From contig CBDBKM010000010.1 in the NCBI GenBank assembly GCA_965206695.1, positions 448,001 through 512,000 of the forward strand: a stretch of DNA of 64,000 bases, given 5' to 3'. Within the stretch, counting starts at the first letter, position 1. Each line of letters begins with the position of its first letter. The position numbers were made by a program, and so were the translations under genes. This document shows positions 10,024 to 21,009 of the stretch, in pieces. The notes beneath the pieces were generated by a model. The model was not told the DNA's origin. It worked only from the letters and a program-made list of their open reading frames with translations, and made no database searches. The DNA comes from Chlamydiales bacterium. Its GTDB lineage: Bacteria; Chlamydiota; Chlamydiia; Chlamydiales; JAAZZY01.

Positions 10024-12004
10024 AGACTTCTGCACGACTATAGTACTTTAATTTTTATTTGATAATATGTTATCCTTCTTTTTTTATACAAACAATAAGG
10101 ACAAAACAATGCCTAGAGCCTATTCAGTAGATCTTCGAGAGAAAGTATGACAACATATAGAAAAACATCATGATAAAAAAACAGCCGGCCATATTTTTCA
10201 AGTAGGTATCGCAACAATATATCGATGGATCTTGCAAAAAAAGCAAAAAGGACATTTAAAGCCAATCCGCAGAAAATATGCTTATAAGAAATTAGATGAT
10301 GAGTTGTTATCTAAATATGTAGAAAAACATCCGGATTATTTTTTATCGGAAATTGCTGATTATTTTTCAGTCACTCCGCAAACGATTTTTTATGCCCTTA
10401 AAAGATTAAAAATTACACGAAAAAAAAAACTACTCGCTATAAGGAAAGAGATGAAAAGAAACGGGAAGCTTTTATGAAAGATTTAAAAAATATTCCCTTT
10501 GACAAGAGAATTTATCTCGATGAAACCGGGATTCATCAATTTTTATTTCGTGAGTCCGGAAGAAGCTTACGCGGCAAAAAAGTTTTTGGAGCGGTTTCAG
10601 GAAACCGCTTTATAAGGCAAAATATTATTTCAGCCCTATCTAAAGGGCAGTTTTTATCTCCAATGTGTTTTGAAGGTACGTGTAATACCGGGTTATTCAA
10701 TATTTGGCTTAAGGAAGTTTTGACTCCTCAGCTTACACCCGGTAGTGTTCTTATTCTTGACAATGCCGGTTTTCACAAGTCAGCGGAAAGCAGGAAAATA
10801 GTAGAATCTGCCGGTTGTAAGCTTATGTTTCTTCCTCCATATTCTCCGGACTTAAATCCTATAGAAAAATATTGGGCTAATATGAAAAATAAAGTTAGAG
10901 AGATATTACGAAAAGTTACGAATTTTAAATTCGCCATTGATCAAGCAATATTATCAATGTAAAATTAAACGACTATAATGATTGGATGTGAGATAAGCGA
11001 AATACAAGAAAGTGAGTAATAAGAATGTTAAACGAAGCGTTTATAAGTAAGAAAAGAGAGATTTAAAATAAATATTTGATATATAATAGTGCGTCCTCTC
11101 TCTAGTTCATCACAATCTTTCTTAAGGCCTTGTTCAAATTAAAGCACAAAGCTTTCATACAAAATTTCCTTTTTAAAGTACCGAAAGCTTGCTCTATACG
11201 AAATCGTCTTCCCGCAATCATTTTATCAACTAGACGTTGACTCCATTTTAAAGGATGATCCCTAACCGCTTGATGAGAAAAATTGTCTCGAATATCGTGC
11301 TTTCTTAAATGAGAGCGGTTATCTGATGATGAGAAACCCTTATCGGTCAGTAAACGGTTACCGTGAGTATAACCTATGATCTGTGGCAATGGGGGTCACC
11401 TCACATTCATTCGCCGGTCTGACGTGTATATGATGAATCAAACCTTCTTGGTTATCGAAAACAAAATAACCCCTATAACCGAAATAGCTTTGTTTCCTTT
11501 TTTTAAGCCAAGAGGGATCCGCCGGTTGCTTAACAGAATGATCAGATTCGACTATTTTTTTCGGGCGTGCTGCTGAAGTTACTATAGTTGCATCAAGAAG
11601 AGCTCCTTTAGCTTCTTTAACTTTAATCCCATGCTTTTCTAATTGCCGGTTAATTTCGCGAAATAAGCGTTCATGAAGCCCCTTATGAATGATGTTATTC
11701 CTAAAGCAGGGTCGCCTCTTAAGCTGTATCATTGGACTTAAACCCGGCAAGATTATCATAGGCTTTGGAGGCACCTTGAGGGTTAATTGCATTTTTATGT
11801 ATGCCTTTTAGTAAGGATCGACCGGGTTGCCAATCAATAAACGGATTCAATTGTTGTAAACGATTTTTAGCACCTATGTGATGCTTTACACCCATAATAA
11901 AAAGACGACTCATCATTCAACCTCCCCAAATAAATGAAAGAAAAGTATAGACAATCAATACATTTTAAAAAATCATTATCCAAGAATCAGTTATGCAAAA
12001 GTCT
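10024..12004 (-). mobile_element. IS5-family element (degraded), with IS630 copy 2 inserted just inside one terminus
   Basis: AGACTT(C/T)TGCA inverted termini; LLDATIV, TDKGF and RFRIEQAFGTLKR fragments. Confidence 0.8.
10041..10975 (+). mobile_element. IS630-family element copy 2 (orfA nonsense)
   Basis: Same ends, TA flanks; YLDETG, LILDNA and YSPDLNPIE DDE motifs. Confidence 0.96.
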
Positions 12005-12042
12005 TAGAAGAAAAAAAACGAGCTCGCTCAATTTCGTAAGAA

Positions 12043-14544
12043 CTAGATGGTTGCTTTTTTAGCTTGTATAATAGCGGGACAGTCCGGAACAGGATTTTGA
12101 GAGACTCCCCAGATATCTTTGGCGTATTGTTTAACAGCTCTATCGGCAGAAAAAAAACCCATATTAGCCGTATTGCAAATTGACATCTTGGTCCATTTGT
12201 CTTGATCTTTATAAGATTCGTTAACTCTTTGTTGGCATTCAATGTAGGCGGCATAATCTGCTAAGACAAAATACTGATCCCCATCTTTTAAAAGAGAGTC
12301 GATGATTGGCCGGAATAAAGAGGGCTCTTCTAAGTTAAAATATCCTTTCCGGATCATATCTAAAACTTGTTTCAGTTGAGCATTTTTTTCATAATATTCA
12401 GTCGGGTTATATTCGGAGTGTTGTAAATTTTGAATTTCATCTGCGTTCATTCCGAAAATAAAAATGTTATCGTCACCTACAGAATCTTTTATCTCAATAT
12501 TTGCGCCGTCCAATGTTCCGATAGTCAACGCGCCATTAAGAGCGTATTTCATATTCCCTGTGCCCGATGCTTCATATCCTGCTGTAGAAATCTGTTCAGA
12601 TAAATCAGCTGCCGGTATCAATTTTTCAGCTAGAGAGACTCTATAGTCAGGCAAAAAAACAACTTTAAGCATTTGATCTAATTCCGGGTCATTGTTGATA
12701 ACCTGTCCTACTGTATTGATGAGTTTAATAATCAGTTTAGCCATTTTATAAGTAGGAGCTGCCTTACCACTAAAGATGACAGTTCTGGGGACATAATCAC
12801 CGTTAGGGTTTTCTTTAATCTGATTATATAACGTAATGACATGTAAGAGATTTAATAATTGTCTTTTATATTCATGAAATCGTTTGCTCTGGCAATCGAA
12901 AAGGGTCTGAGGATAGACTTTTATTTTATAATTCTCTTCTATATATCCAATTAAACGTTCCTTGTTTTTTCGCTTAGCTTCCGCCCACTTTATTCTAAAA
13001 TCAGAATCATTGGTTAAGGGCATTAAATTTTTTAAAAGATCTAAATCTCGAGCCCATTCTCTTCCTATACGTTCAGTAATCAGTTGGGATAAGGCATGAT
13101 TAGCTTGTTTGAGCCATCGCCTAGGGGTGATGCCATTTGTTACATTGGTGAATCTTTCAGGAAAGAGTTCATAGAAATCTTTGAAAAGTTGATTTTTCAA
13201 TATTTCAGAATGAAGTTTAGAAACCCCATTGATTTTATGAGATCCTATAATAGAGAGATGAGCCATATTAATGCTCTCAACTTTTCCACCTTCGATAATA
13301 GACATACGATTTAATCGATTAACATCATTGGGATGAAGATTCAAGATATGTCTTAAAAAATGGCTGTTGATTTCATAGATGATAATAAGATGCCTAGGCA
13401 AAATCTTGCCTATTAAAGGTACCGGCCAGCGCTCTAAAGCCTCCGGTAAAACAGTGTGATTGGTATAGGAACAAATTTCAAACGTCATATCAAAAGCTTT
13501 TTTCCATTCATAACCCTCGATGTCCATTAGGAGTCGCATTAGTTCAGGGATAGCCAGGGAAGGGTGGGTGTCATTGAGTTGAACGGCTACTTTTTCCGGG
13601 AGGTTCTCTAAACTCTCAAAATCGCGTTTATGACGTTTTATGATATCTTGCAACGTTGCGGAAACTAAAAAGAATTCTTGTTTAAGACGTAATTCTATTC
13701 CTTGTTCCATATCATCGTTAGGATATAAGACTTTTGTGATCGTTTTAGTTAAAACCTTGTCTTGAATAGCTTTTAAGTAATCACCATGATTAAAATAATC
13801 TAAATTAAATTCATCAGTAGCTTGAGCAGACCATAATCTTAAGCTGTTGATTGTATTGGTTGCAAATCCCGGGTAAGGAGAATCATGTGCGATAGCAAGC
13901 ACTTCTTCTTGCTCTATCCATTCATGATAGACCTCACCATTCTCTCCTTTTTTTTCTATGACTTTTCCATAAAATGGAACGGTATAGGTAAGATCGGTTC
14001 TTTTTATTTCCCAGAAATTACCATATTTCAGCCAATTATCAGGGGTTTCTATTTGATAGCCATCTTGTATCAACTGTTTAAATATGCCATAGTCATATCG
14101 AAGCCCGTATCCAAACGCCGGAATATCTACAGTAGACATAGAATCTAAATAACAAGCCGCTAATCTTCCAAGACCACCATTACCTAAACCGGCGTCTAGT
14201 TCGAGGTCTGCCAAGTCTTCCATATCCATACCAAGAGCTTTGATGGTATCAGAACAATCTTTATATAGGCCAAGATTGACCATGATCTTACGAAGGCTTT
14301 GTCCCGTGAGAAATTCTAAAGAGAGATAACAAACAAATTTGGGTTTTTCTTCTAATCGATATTTGAAGGTCTCTACCCACCGATCGATCAAACGATTGGT
14401 TAAAGCTGTAGCTACGGAATAAAGATAGTCATATTCGTTTGCCCATTCAGGAAGACGGTATCGTCTGTAGCGCAAAATATGAAAAATTTCATTTCGCAGG
14501 CTCTCAATGAAATCTGCGTTTACCTCTTCTTCTTGTTCGGACAT
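12043..14544 (-). CDS. glgP: Glycogen phosphorylase
   Basis: GLGNGGLGRLAAC, QLNDTHP, KRFHEYKRQ, EASGTGNMK (PLP lysine). Confidence 0.98.
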   Translation of the reverse strand: MSEQEEEVNADFIESLRNEIFHILRYRRYRLPEWANEYDYLYSVATALTNRLIDRWVETFKYRLEEKPKFVCYLSLEFLTGQSLRKIMVNLGLYKDCSDTIKALGMDMEDLADLELDAGLGNGGLGRLAACYLDSMSTVDIPAFGYGLRYDYGIFKQLIQDGYQIETPDNWLKYGNFWEIKRTDLTYTVPFYGKVIEKKGENGEVYHEWIEQEEVLAIAHDSPYPGFATNTINSLRLWSAQATDEFNLDYFNHGDYLKAIQDKVLTKTITKVLYPNDDMEQGIELRLKQEFFLVSATLQDIIKRHKRDFESLENLPEKVAVQLNDTHPSLAIPELMRLLMDIEGYEWKKAFDMTFEICSYTNHTVLPEALERWPVPLIGKILPRHLIIIYEINSHFLRHILNLHPNDVNRLNRMSIIEGGKVESINMAHLSIIGSHKINGVSKLHSEILKNQLFKDFYELFPERFTNVTNGITPRRWLKQANHALSQLITERIGREWARDLDLLKNLMPLTNDSDFRIKWAEAKRKNKERLIGYIEENYKIKVYPQTLFDCQSKRFHEYKRQLLNLLHVITLYNQIKENPNGDYVPRTVIFSGKAAPTYKMAKLIIKLINTVGQVINNDPELDQMLKVVFLPDYRVSLAEKLIPAADLSEQISTAGYEASGTGNMKYALNGALTIGTLDGANIEIKDSVGDDNIFIFGMNADEIQNLQHSEYNPTEYYEKNAQLKQVLDMIRKGYFNLEEPSLFRPIIDSLLKDGDQYFVLADYAAYIECQQRVNESYKDQDKWTKMSICNTANMGFFSADRAVKQYAKDIWGVSQNPVPDCPAIIQAKKATI

Positions 14545-14629
14545 GAAAAAACCTCATTAGACTCGGAATGGATCAGGGCATTATCGTATAAGATGTCTCT
14601 ATTACTTAATTAGAGGAATTTGTCAAATC

Positions 14630-14956
14630 TTAATAAGTGTCGATCTTGGCAGCCATAATGAAATCATTTTCTGATAAGCCGTTAATGATATGTGTAAAGA
14701 AAATGAGTTGCACTTTGTTATAGCTGATGTGAATATCAGGGTGATGGCCCTCTTCTTCTGCTAAGGTTGCAATCTCATTGACAAACTTGATAGCTTGTTT
14801 AAAGTTATTAAACTTAAAAGCTTTATGAAGGATATGGTGCGTCTCTTTCGCTATTTCCCAAGTGGGGATTTCGCGATAGAATCGATCTTCTTCCTCGCCA
14901 TTTAGAGGAGGCGAGTCTTTCTTGCAAGGGGTGCATTTCTTAGATGTAAGATCCAT
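14630..14956 (-). CDS. phhB: Pterin-4a-carbinolamine dehydratase
   Basis: AEEEGHHPDI, FTH..GLSENDFIMAAKID. Confidence 0.92.
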   Translation of the reverse strand: MDLTSKKCTPCKKDSPPLNGEEEDRFYREIPTWEIAKETHHILHKAFKFNNFKQAIKFVNEIATLAEEEGHHPDIHISYNKVQLIFFTHIINGLSENDFIMAAKIDTY

Positions 14957-15069
14957 ATGGGATATCTCAAAATGTTACGTTAATGATTTTACTGTAACCT
15001 ATCTTTTTTTTCTTGATCTATCTTTTTTCTTATCCTTCTTTAAATGACCGGTTTAAGATTTAAAAAATA

Positions 15070-16218
15070 ATGAAGAAAAAACTCATTTTCTATATACTTG
15101 TTTCAGGCGTTGGCAAGCGTTTGATTTTAAAGCACACAATTAGTTATAGATTGGTTTATATGGTGATCATAGATTCTCCCTTATGTATGAATAAAAAACA
15201 AGACAAAGAACAGATTGATTATAAGTTTTATCCTGTTGATTCTAACGCAGTTATAAAAGAATTAGGCAGAGATAAACTGCTAGAGCTTTTAACTCAAATG
15301 TTACTGATTCGCAACTTCGAAATACGGGCAGAAGGAGCCTATTTGCAAGGGTATATTGGTGGTTTTTTTCATGCTTATATGGGGCAAGAAGCTGTTCAAG
15401 TAGCTGCAGTTGAAGCCTTTGGGGCTCTTAACTGGTGGACAACAACGTATCGATGTCATGCTTTAGCACTTTTATTGGGAATGACGCCTAATGAAGGGAT
15501 GGCGGAATTATTTGGTAAAGAAACAGGTAATGCTAAAGGTAGAGGAGGATCTATGCACTTATATGCGGATCGTCTTCTAGGTGGTTTTGGTATTGTGGGA
15601 GGACATCTGCCTATCGCTTTAGGTGCAGGATTAACTCTTAAATGTCATAAGAATAGGGAAGAAATATCGATTGTTTTTTTAGGAGACGGCGCTGTTGCAC
15701 AAGGAACTTTTCACGAATCTTTAAACCTGGCTTCTTTATGGGATCTACCTTGTGTTTTTGTGATTGAGAATAATAAATGGGGTATGGGTACCTCGGTTGA
15801 TCGAGCGATATCTATAAAAAATATGGCTAAAAAGTTTTCTGAGTGTTATGGGATGCAGGGTTATACATTAAATGGAATGGAGATTTTTGATTGTTATCAA
15901 GGCTTTACAGATATCAAACAAGAGGTTTTAACAACGAGGCGTCCCTGTATTGTGGAAGTCGTAACCGACAGATTTCGTGGTCATTCTATTTCTGACCCGG
16001 GTTTATATCGCTCTAAAGAAGCATTACACAATATTATGGCAAATGGACCTATTCATCGTTTTCAGGAAAAACTGTTTCAACAAAAGATGCTAACTGAAGA
16101 GGAATTTAAAGAATTGGATAAAAAGCAAAAAGAAATTGTCTTAGCATCCATAACTTTTGCTGAAGAAAGTCCTTTTCCTGATTTAACGAGTTTAGAAGAA
16201 GGCGTATACTCTGACTGA
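15070..16218 (+). CDS. pdhA: Pyruvate dehydrogenase E1 alpha (true start probably later, about 15187)
   Basis: GFFHAYMGQEA, GRGGSMH, GDGA ThDP motif, RFRGHSISDP. Confidence 0.96.
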   Translation: MKKKLIFYILVSGVGKRLILKHTISYRLVYMVIIDSPLCMNKKQDKEQIDYKFYPVDSNAVIKELGRDKLLELLTQMLLIRNFEIRAEGAYLQGYIGGFFHAYMGQEAVQVAAVEAFGALNWWTTTYRCHALALLLGMTPNEGMAELFGKETGNAKGRGGSMHLYADRLLGGFGIVGGHLPIALGAGLTLKCHKNREEISIVFLGDGAVAQGTFHESLNLASLWDLPCVFVIENNKWGMGTSVDRAISIKNMAKKFSECYGMQGYTLNGMEIFDCYQGFTDIKQEVLTTRRPCIVEVVTDRFRGHSISDPGLYRSKEALHNIMANGPIHRFQEKLFQQKMLTEEEFKELDKKQKEIVLASITFAEESPFPDLTSLEEGVYSD

Positions 16219-16228
16219 GGAAGAAAAA

Positions 16229-17212
16229 ATGGGCACACAATTGGTAGAAATTAGAGAAGCTATACGCCAAGCGATGGATGAAGAGATGGAAAGGGATTCT
16301 AATATCATCATCCTTGGAGAGGAAGTAGCTGAATATAATGGAGCATATAAAGTTACTAAAGGGATGCTTGATAAATGGGGACCTGAAAGGATTTTAGATA
16401 CCCCGATATCAGAATCTGCTTTTACCGGCATGGCAATAGGTGCTGCTATGACAGGCTTAAGGCCGATTGTCGAATTTATGAGTTTTAATTTTTCATTTGT
16501 AGCAGCTGATCAGATCATATCGAATGCTGTTAAACTCTTTTATATGTCCGGTGGTCGCTTTAATGTTCCTGTTGTTTTTAGAGGACCTAATGGCGCGGCA
16601 GCTCAAGTATCTTGCCAACATTCTCATTGCGTTGAATCACTTTATGGGAACTTTCCCGGGCTATATATTGTAAGTCCCGGTGATGCCTATGATTCGAAAG
16701 GATTATTAAAAACAGCAATTCGTAACAATAACCCTGTCTTATTTTTAGAAAACGAACTGATTTATAGCGAGAAAATGGAGATTCCTGAAGAAGAATATCT
16801 TATTCCGTTGGGCAAAGCGAAAGTCTTACAAACCGGCAGTGATCTTACTCTTATAGGTTATAGTCGTATGCTTGCGTACTGCAAAGAAGCTATTCAAGTA
16901 TTGTCTAAGCAAGGAGTTAGTATAGAATTGATAGATTTGCGTTCTTTAAGACCTTTAGATATCACTACCATAACAGAATCTATTAGAAAAACACATCATT
17001 GTGTGTTGGTAGAAGAAGGACATGTCTATGCAGGTATTTCTGCAGAAATAGGATTCCAAATCCAAGAACGTGTTTTTGATTTTTTAGATGCACCTATTGA
17101 AAGAGTCTGTCAAAAAGAGACGCCAATGCCGTATTCTAAATATTTAGAAAGAGAAACTCTTCCCAACCCCGAACGCATCATTCAAGTGATAAATAAAGCC
17201 TTGAACCGTTAA
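16229..17212 (+). CDS. pdhB: Pyruvate dehydrogenase E1 beta
   Basis: GEEVAEYNGAYKVT, DTPISE, EFMSFNF; operon position. Confidence 0.96.
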   Translation: MGTQLVEIREAIRQAMDEEMERDSNIIILGEEVAEYNGAYKVTKGMLDKWGPERILDTPISESAFTGMAIGAAMTGLRPIVEFMSFNFSFVAADQIISNAVKLFYMSGGRFNVPVVFRGPNGAAAQVSCQHSHCVESLYGNFPGLYIVSPGDAYDSKGLLKTAIRNNNPVLFLENELIYSEKMEIPEEEYLIPLGKAKVLQTGSDLTLIGYSRMLAYCKEAIQVLSKQGVSIELIDLRSLRPLDITTITESIRKTHHCVLVEEGHVYAGISAEIGFQIQERVFDFLDAPIERVCQKETPMPYSKYLERETLPNPERIIQVINKALNR

Positions 17213-17226
17213 ATTGGAGACGCACC

Positions 17227-18543
17227 ATGCCTTTTACTTTTACTATGCCGAAATTATCTCCTACCATGGAAATCGGAGTTATAGCCAAATGGCACAAAAA
17301 AGAAGGTGACCACATAGATGCAGGAGAAGTCGTCTTAGAAGTGACAACTGATAAAGCGACTGTAGAACATAGCGCTTTGGATGAAGGGTGGCTGAAAAAA
17401 ATTTTAGTATCGGAAGGGGAAGAGGCAAAAGTTAACCAACCTATTGCGATATTTACAACAGAAAACAATGAAAGTATTGAAGGGTATGAGCCGGTAGGTA
17501 TTCAGTTAGAAGGTGAAAAACCTATTGTTGAAGAAAAGGCAGTAGAACAATCAGATACGTCACAAGCCAAAGAAGTAGAGACTCCTTCTAAAACAAAGGC
17601 TACCGGTAGCATGAATCAACCTGCTTTTGAGCCGACAGAACCTCTTAAAGACTACACGTTTGAATTTCCCGGTGAACAGATATCAAAAAGAATAGCCGCT
17701 TCTCCTTTAGCTAAAAAGCTGGCGAAAGAACGGCATTTAGATATTACGACAGTAAAAGGGTCCGGACCGGGAGGGCGAGTAGTCTCTCAAGATTTGGAAA
17801 AGGCTCAATCATCAGGTATTGTTTCATTTTCGAGACGTGAGGTACCTCAACTTCCTCCCGGCTCATATGAAGAAATACCCTTATCTCCGGTTCAAAAGAT
17901 TGTAGGTGAGAGGCTGCAAGCAGCCAAAGCCTTGATCCCCCATTTTTATGTGACACAAGAAATAGATGCGGATCCACTTATTAAAGTTAGAGAGGAATTA
18001 AAAAATCTCAATGTGAAACTCAGTTTCAATGATTTTATCATGAAAGCATGCGCTTTAGCTTTAAAAATTCATCCAAATATCAATAGTGGCTTTAACACCG
18101 TCAATAATACCGGTATTCACTTTAAAACGATTGATATTGCTGTTGCTGTTAGTTTAGATGAAGGCTTAATTACACCTATCGTTCGCCATGCTGATTTTAA
18201 AAATATTGGTGAGATTGCTGTAGAGGTTAAATCATTAGCCAAACGGGCAAGAGACGGTAAGTTGGCTATGCAAGAATTTCAAGGGGGATCCTTTACTGTT
18301 TCGAATGCCGGTATGTATGGTATAACCGAGCTCTTTCCTGTTATTAATCCACCTCAGTCTGCTATTTTAGGAGTAGGTGGTATTAAAGAAGTTGCCAGAG
18401 TTAAAGGATCTGTTGTCGTGCCGGGTAATCAAATCTCGCTAGTATTAGCAGCGGATCATCGCTCTGTTAATGGTGCTGCAGGGGCCGATTTTTTAAGAAC
18501 ACTAAAAAGCTTTTTAGAAAATCCTTCCGGACTGTTACTTTAG
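17227..18543 (+). CDS. pdhC: Dihydrolipoamide acetyltransferase E2
   Basis: Lipoyl TDKA, ASPLAKKLA E3-binding domain, DHRSVNG. Confidence 0.96.
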   Translation: MPFTFTMPKLSPTMEIGVIAKWHKKEGDHIDAGEVVLEVTTDKATVEHSALDEGWLKKILVSEGEEAKVNQPIAIFTTENNESIEGYEPVGIQLEGEKPIVEEKAVEQSDTSQAKEVETPSKTKATGSMNQPAFEPTEPLKDYTFEFPGEQISKRIAASPLAKKLAKERHLDITTVKGSGPGGRVVSQDLEKAQSSGIVSFSRREVPQLPPGSYEEIPLSPVQKIVGERLQAAKALIPHFYVTQEIDADPLIKVREELKNLNVKLSFNDFIMKACALALKIHPNINSGFNTVNNTGIHFKTIDIAVAVSLDEGLITPIVRHADFKNIGEIAVEVKSLAKRARDGKLAMQEFQGGSFTVSNAGMYGITELFPVINPPQSAILGVGGIKEVARVKGSVVVPGNQISLVLAADHRSVNGAAGADFLRTLKSFLENPSGLLL

Positions 18544-20798
18544 GACTCGGATTGTATCCCTTGAATGATTTTTTGTAGAACTTCGCGCACTTGTTTAGGC
18601 GATTCTAACATGTAGTTACTGGGAGCGTCTAAAGCTCCTACGTGGATGCTAGTAGCATAATCAGGTAATTTCGGATACATTTCCCTATCTGTTCGATCAT
18701 CTCCAATACATAGGATAAAAGTGTTTTTATTTTCATTTTTTAGAATATCTTTTACATAATTGCCTTTCGATACACCACTAGCCCTTACTTCTACAACTTG
18801 ATGTCCTGTTAAAATATGGACCGGTAAATTAGCTAAGACATCTTTTAATGAATTTCTAAGCTCTTTAGCCCGCCACTTACCATAATCGAGATCAGCCATT
18901 CGATAATGCCAAGCTAAAGAACAGGCTTTGACTTCTAATAAAGAGCCGGGTACTTCTTTTGATACTATTTCAAAGATTTCACGCACCGTAGGCATCCAGC
19001 TTAAATCGGCATTATATCGGTTTATCCACTCCCCACCCGGATTTTTCACTTTGAAACCATGTTCAGCACAAAGAAATATATTTAAATGACTAAGCCAATC
19101 TTCTAAGTTTGTATGACCCCTCCCACTGACAACGTATACTTCTGAATTAGGCAGTCTAGACAAGTCCTTTAAGAGTTGTAAAATTTCTTTTGTTGGCTTC
19201 GCATCGATAGGGTTTTTAGTCAGTTCTCTTAGTGTTCCATCATAATCTAAGATGAAGATACGTTTTATAGCCTTTTTAGCTTTTTCAATCAGTTTCGGTA
19301 AGATATTATTTTTTAAAATACAGGCGAGTTTTCCGCTCTTATTAATCTCTACAATTTTATCGAGATTGTCTAAAAATTTTTTTGCCCAAGTAGGACTATT
19401 TAATTCTTTTACATGCTCAGCCATGATATGCATGCGTTCAGAGCGTTCAGATTGAGGCATATCCAAAGCTTCTTCAATGGCGTCAGCTGTTTGTTCTATG
19501 TTATAGGGGTTTACAAGAATGGATCGTGAAAGACTATGAGAAGCTCCGGCAAACTCACTTAATATCAGTATTCCCGGTTTACTTTTGCTTTGTGGTTTTT
19601 TTTCCGTCTGACAGAAAACAAATTCTTCAGCCACTAAATTCATACCGTCCCTAACGGGCGTAACTAATCCAACGTCTGCAAAATAGTAAAGAGCTGTTAA
19701 GTGTGATAAATCGAGATGTCTATGCAAGTATTGAATAGGCGTGAAGCCCGGCCTACTAAATTGTCCATTTAATTGACCAATCATTTCTTCAATCTCAGAT
19801 TTTAACTCCTGATATTCCCATGTTTCCAAGCGCGAGGGTACTAATACTTGTAATAGAACAACCTTTTGAGAGTATTTAGTACTTTTTTCTAAGAAACGTT
19901 CAAATGCTTTTAGTTTTAAAAGGATACCTTTTGTATAATCTAAGCGTTCGACACCTAAAAGAAGTTTTTGCGTGCCATACCTTTCTTTTAATTCAGTGAT
20001 TATTTTATTCGTTTCCGGTTTTTTCAAGGCTTTTTTAAATTGATCCACATCAATGCCTATCGGATGGGTACCAAAGCCAATTCTTCTGCCTTGAAAAGAA
20101 AGTCCATTGGTGTCTGACTCTAGTCCTGATACCCTTAAACAAGAGGATCTAAAATGCCCGGTATAATCTGATGTTTGAAATCCAATATAGTCTGAGCCCA
20201 AGATCCCATTTAAAAGTGCTTCTCTTTCCGGTAATAATCGGTAAACTTCAGAAGAAGGGAATGGTATATGTAGAAAAAAACAGATTTTTAAATCAGGCCG
20301 TTGTTCTCGAAGTATCTGAGGTAGAAGCATGAGATGAAAATCATGTATCCAAATTTTGGCATTTTTAGGTGCTTCTTGGCTAATAGTTTTGGCAAAGGAT
20401 TCATTGACCGCCACATAATGCTGCCAAGAGTTATAGGCAAAAGTTGCTTTGTCTGTAAAATAATGAAAAATAGGCCATAACATTCCATTACAAATACCAT
20501 GATAATAATGCTCTTCTTCTTCTTTAGATAAGAAGACGGGTATTAAGTCTTCTTTCTTCAAGAGTTTTTTAATAAAGGCTTCTTCATCCTTATCAAATAG
20601 AACACCGGGCCATCCAATCCATGTAAAAGTCAGTTTTTTCTTAACTCCTTCAAGAGCAGAAATCAGTCCGCCGGAGCTTTTTCTAAGATTCCAAGAAGTC
20701 TCTTTTTTTTCTAAGGATATAGGAAGCCGGTTGCTTACTATATAAAGAGAAGATTTTTTTTGTGATGTAACCCTTTTATTCTTTTTGTTTTGTGTCAT
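18540..20798 (-). CDS. otsAB: Fused trehalose-6-phosphate synthase/phosphatase (OtsA-OtsB)
   Basis: VSNRLP, WIHDFHL, FLHIPFP, RDGMNLVA followed by HAD motifs LDYDGTL and GDDRTD. Confidence 0.95.
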   Translation of the reverse strand: MTQNKKNKRVTSQKKSSLYIVSNRLPISLEKKETSWNLRKSSGGLISALEGVKKKLTFTWIGWPGVLFDKDEEAFIKKLLKKEDLIPVFLSKEEEEHYYHGICNGMLWPIFHYFTDKATFAYNSWQHYVAVNESFAKTISQEAPKNAKIWIHDFHLMLLPQILREQRPDLKICFFLHIPFPSSEVYRLLPEREALLNGILGSDYIGFQTSDYTGHFRSSCLRVSGLESDTNGLSFQGRRIGFGTHPIGIDVDQFKKALKKPETNKIITELKERYGTQKLLLGVERLDYTKGILLKLKAFERFLEKSTKYSQKVVLLQVLVPSRLETWEYQELKSEIEEMIGQLNGQFSRPGFTPIQYLHRHLDLSHLTALYYFADVGLVTPVRDGMNLVAEEFVFCQTEKKPQSKSKPGILILSEFAGASHSLSRSILVNPYNIEQTADAIEEALDMPQSERSERMHIMAEHVKELNSPTWAKKFLDNLDKIVEINKSGKLACILKNNILPKLIEKAKKAIKRIFILDYDGTLRELTKNPIDAKPTKEILQLLKDLSRLPNSEVYVVSGRGHTNLEDWLSHLNIFLCAEHGFKVKNPGGEWINRYNADLSWMPTVREIFEIVSKEVPGSLLEVKACSLAWHYRMADLDYGKWRAKELRNSLKDVLANLPVHILTGHQVVEVRASGVSKGNYVKDILKNENKNTFILCIGDDRTDREMYPKLPDYATSIHVGALDAPSNYMLESPKQVREVLQKIIQGIQSES

Positions 20799-21009
20799 TT
20801 TTATTTGGCTAGTTAAGGGTTTTTTCTAATATAATTAGTATTAGCAGTTTATGAGGTTATTTGGCAAGCAATCATAGACTGTTAGTCGTTAATTGTTTAT
20901 CGAATACAGGAGTTGTGCGTTGAAGAAATATTGCTTGAAATATTTATGTAACTCATTTTCTTAAGTTGGCTATTATGTTTTTATTTTGGTTTGAAAAGAT
21001 ATGCCATTA

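Noticed and set aside
12464..14148. Short antisense ORFs inside glgP (and similar ones in pepA, pdh, otsAB, the sugar cluster and acl)
   Set aside because: Shadow frames opposite well-supported genes, with no recognisable motifs.
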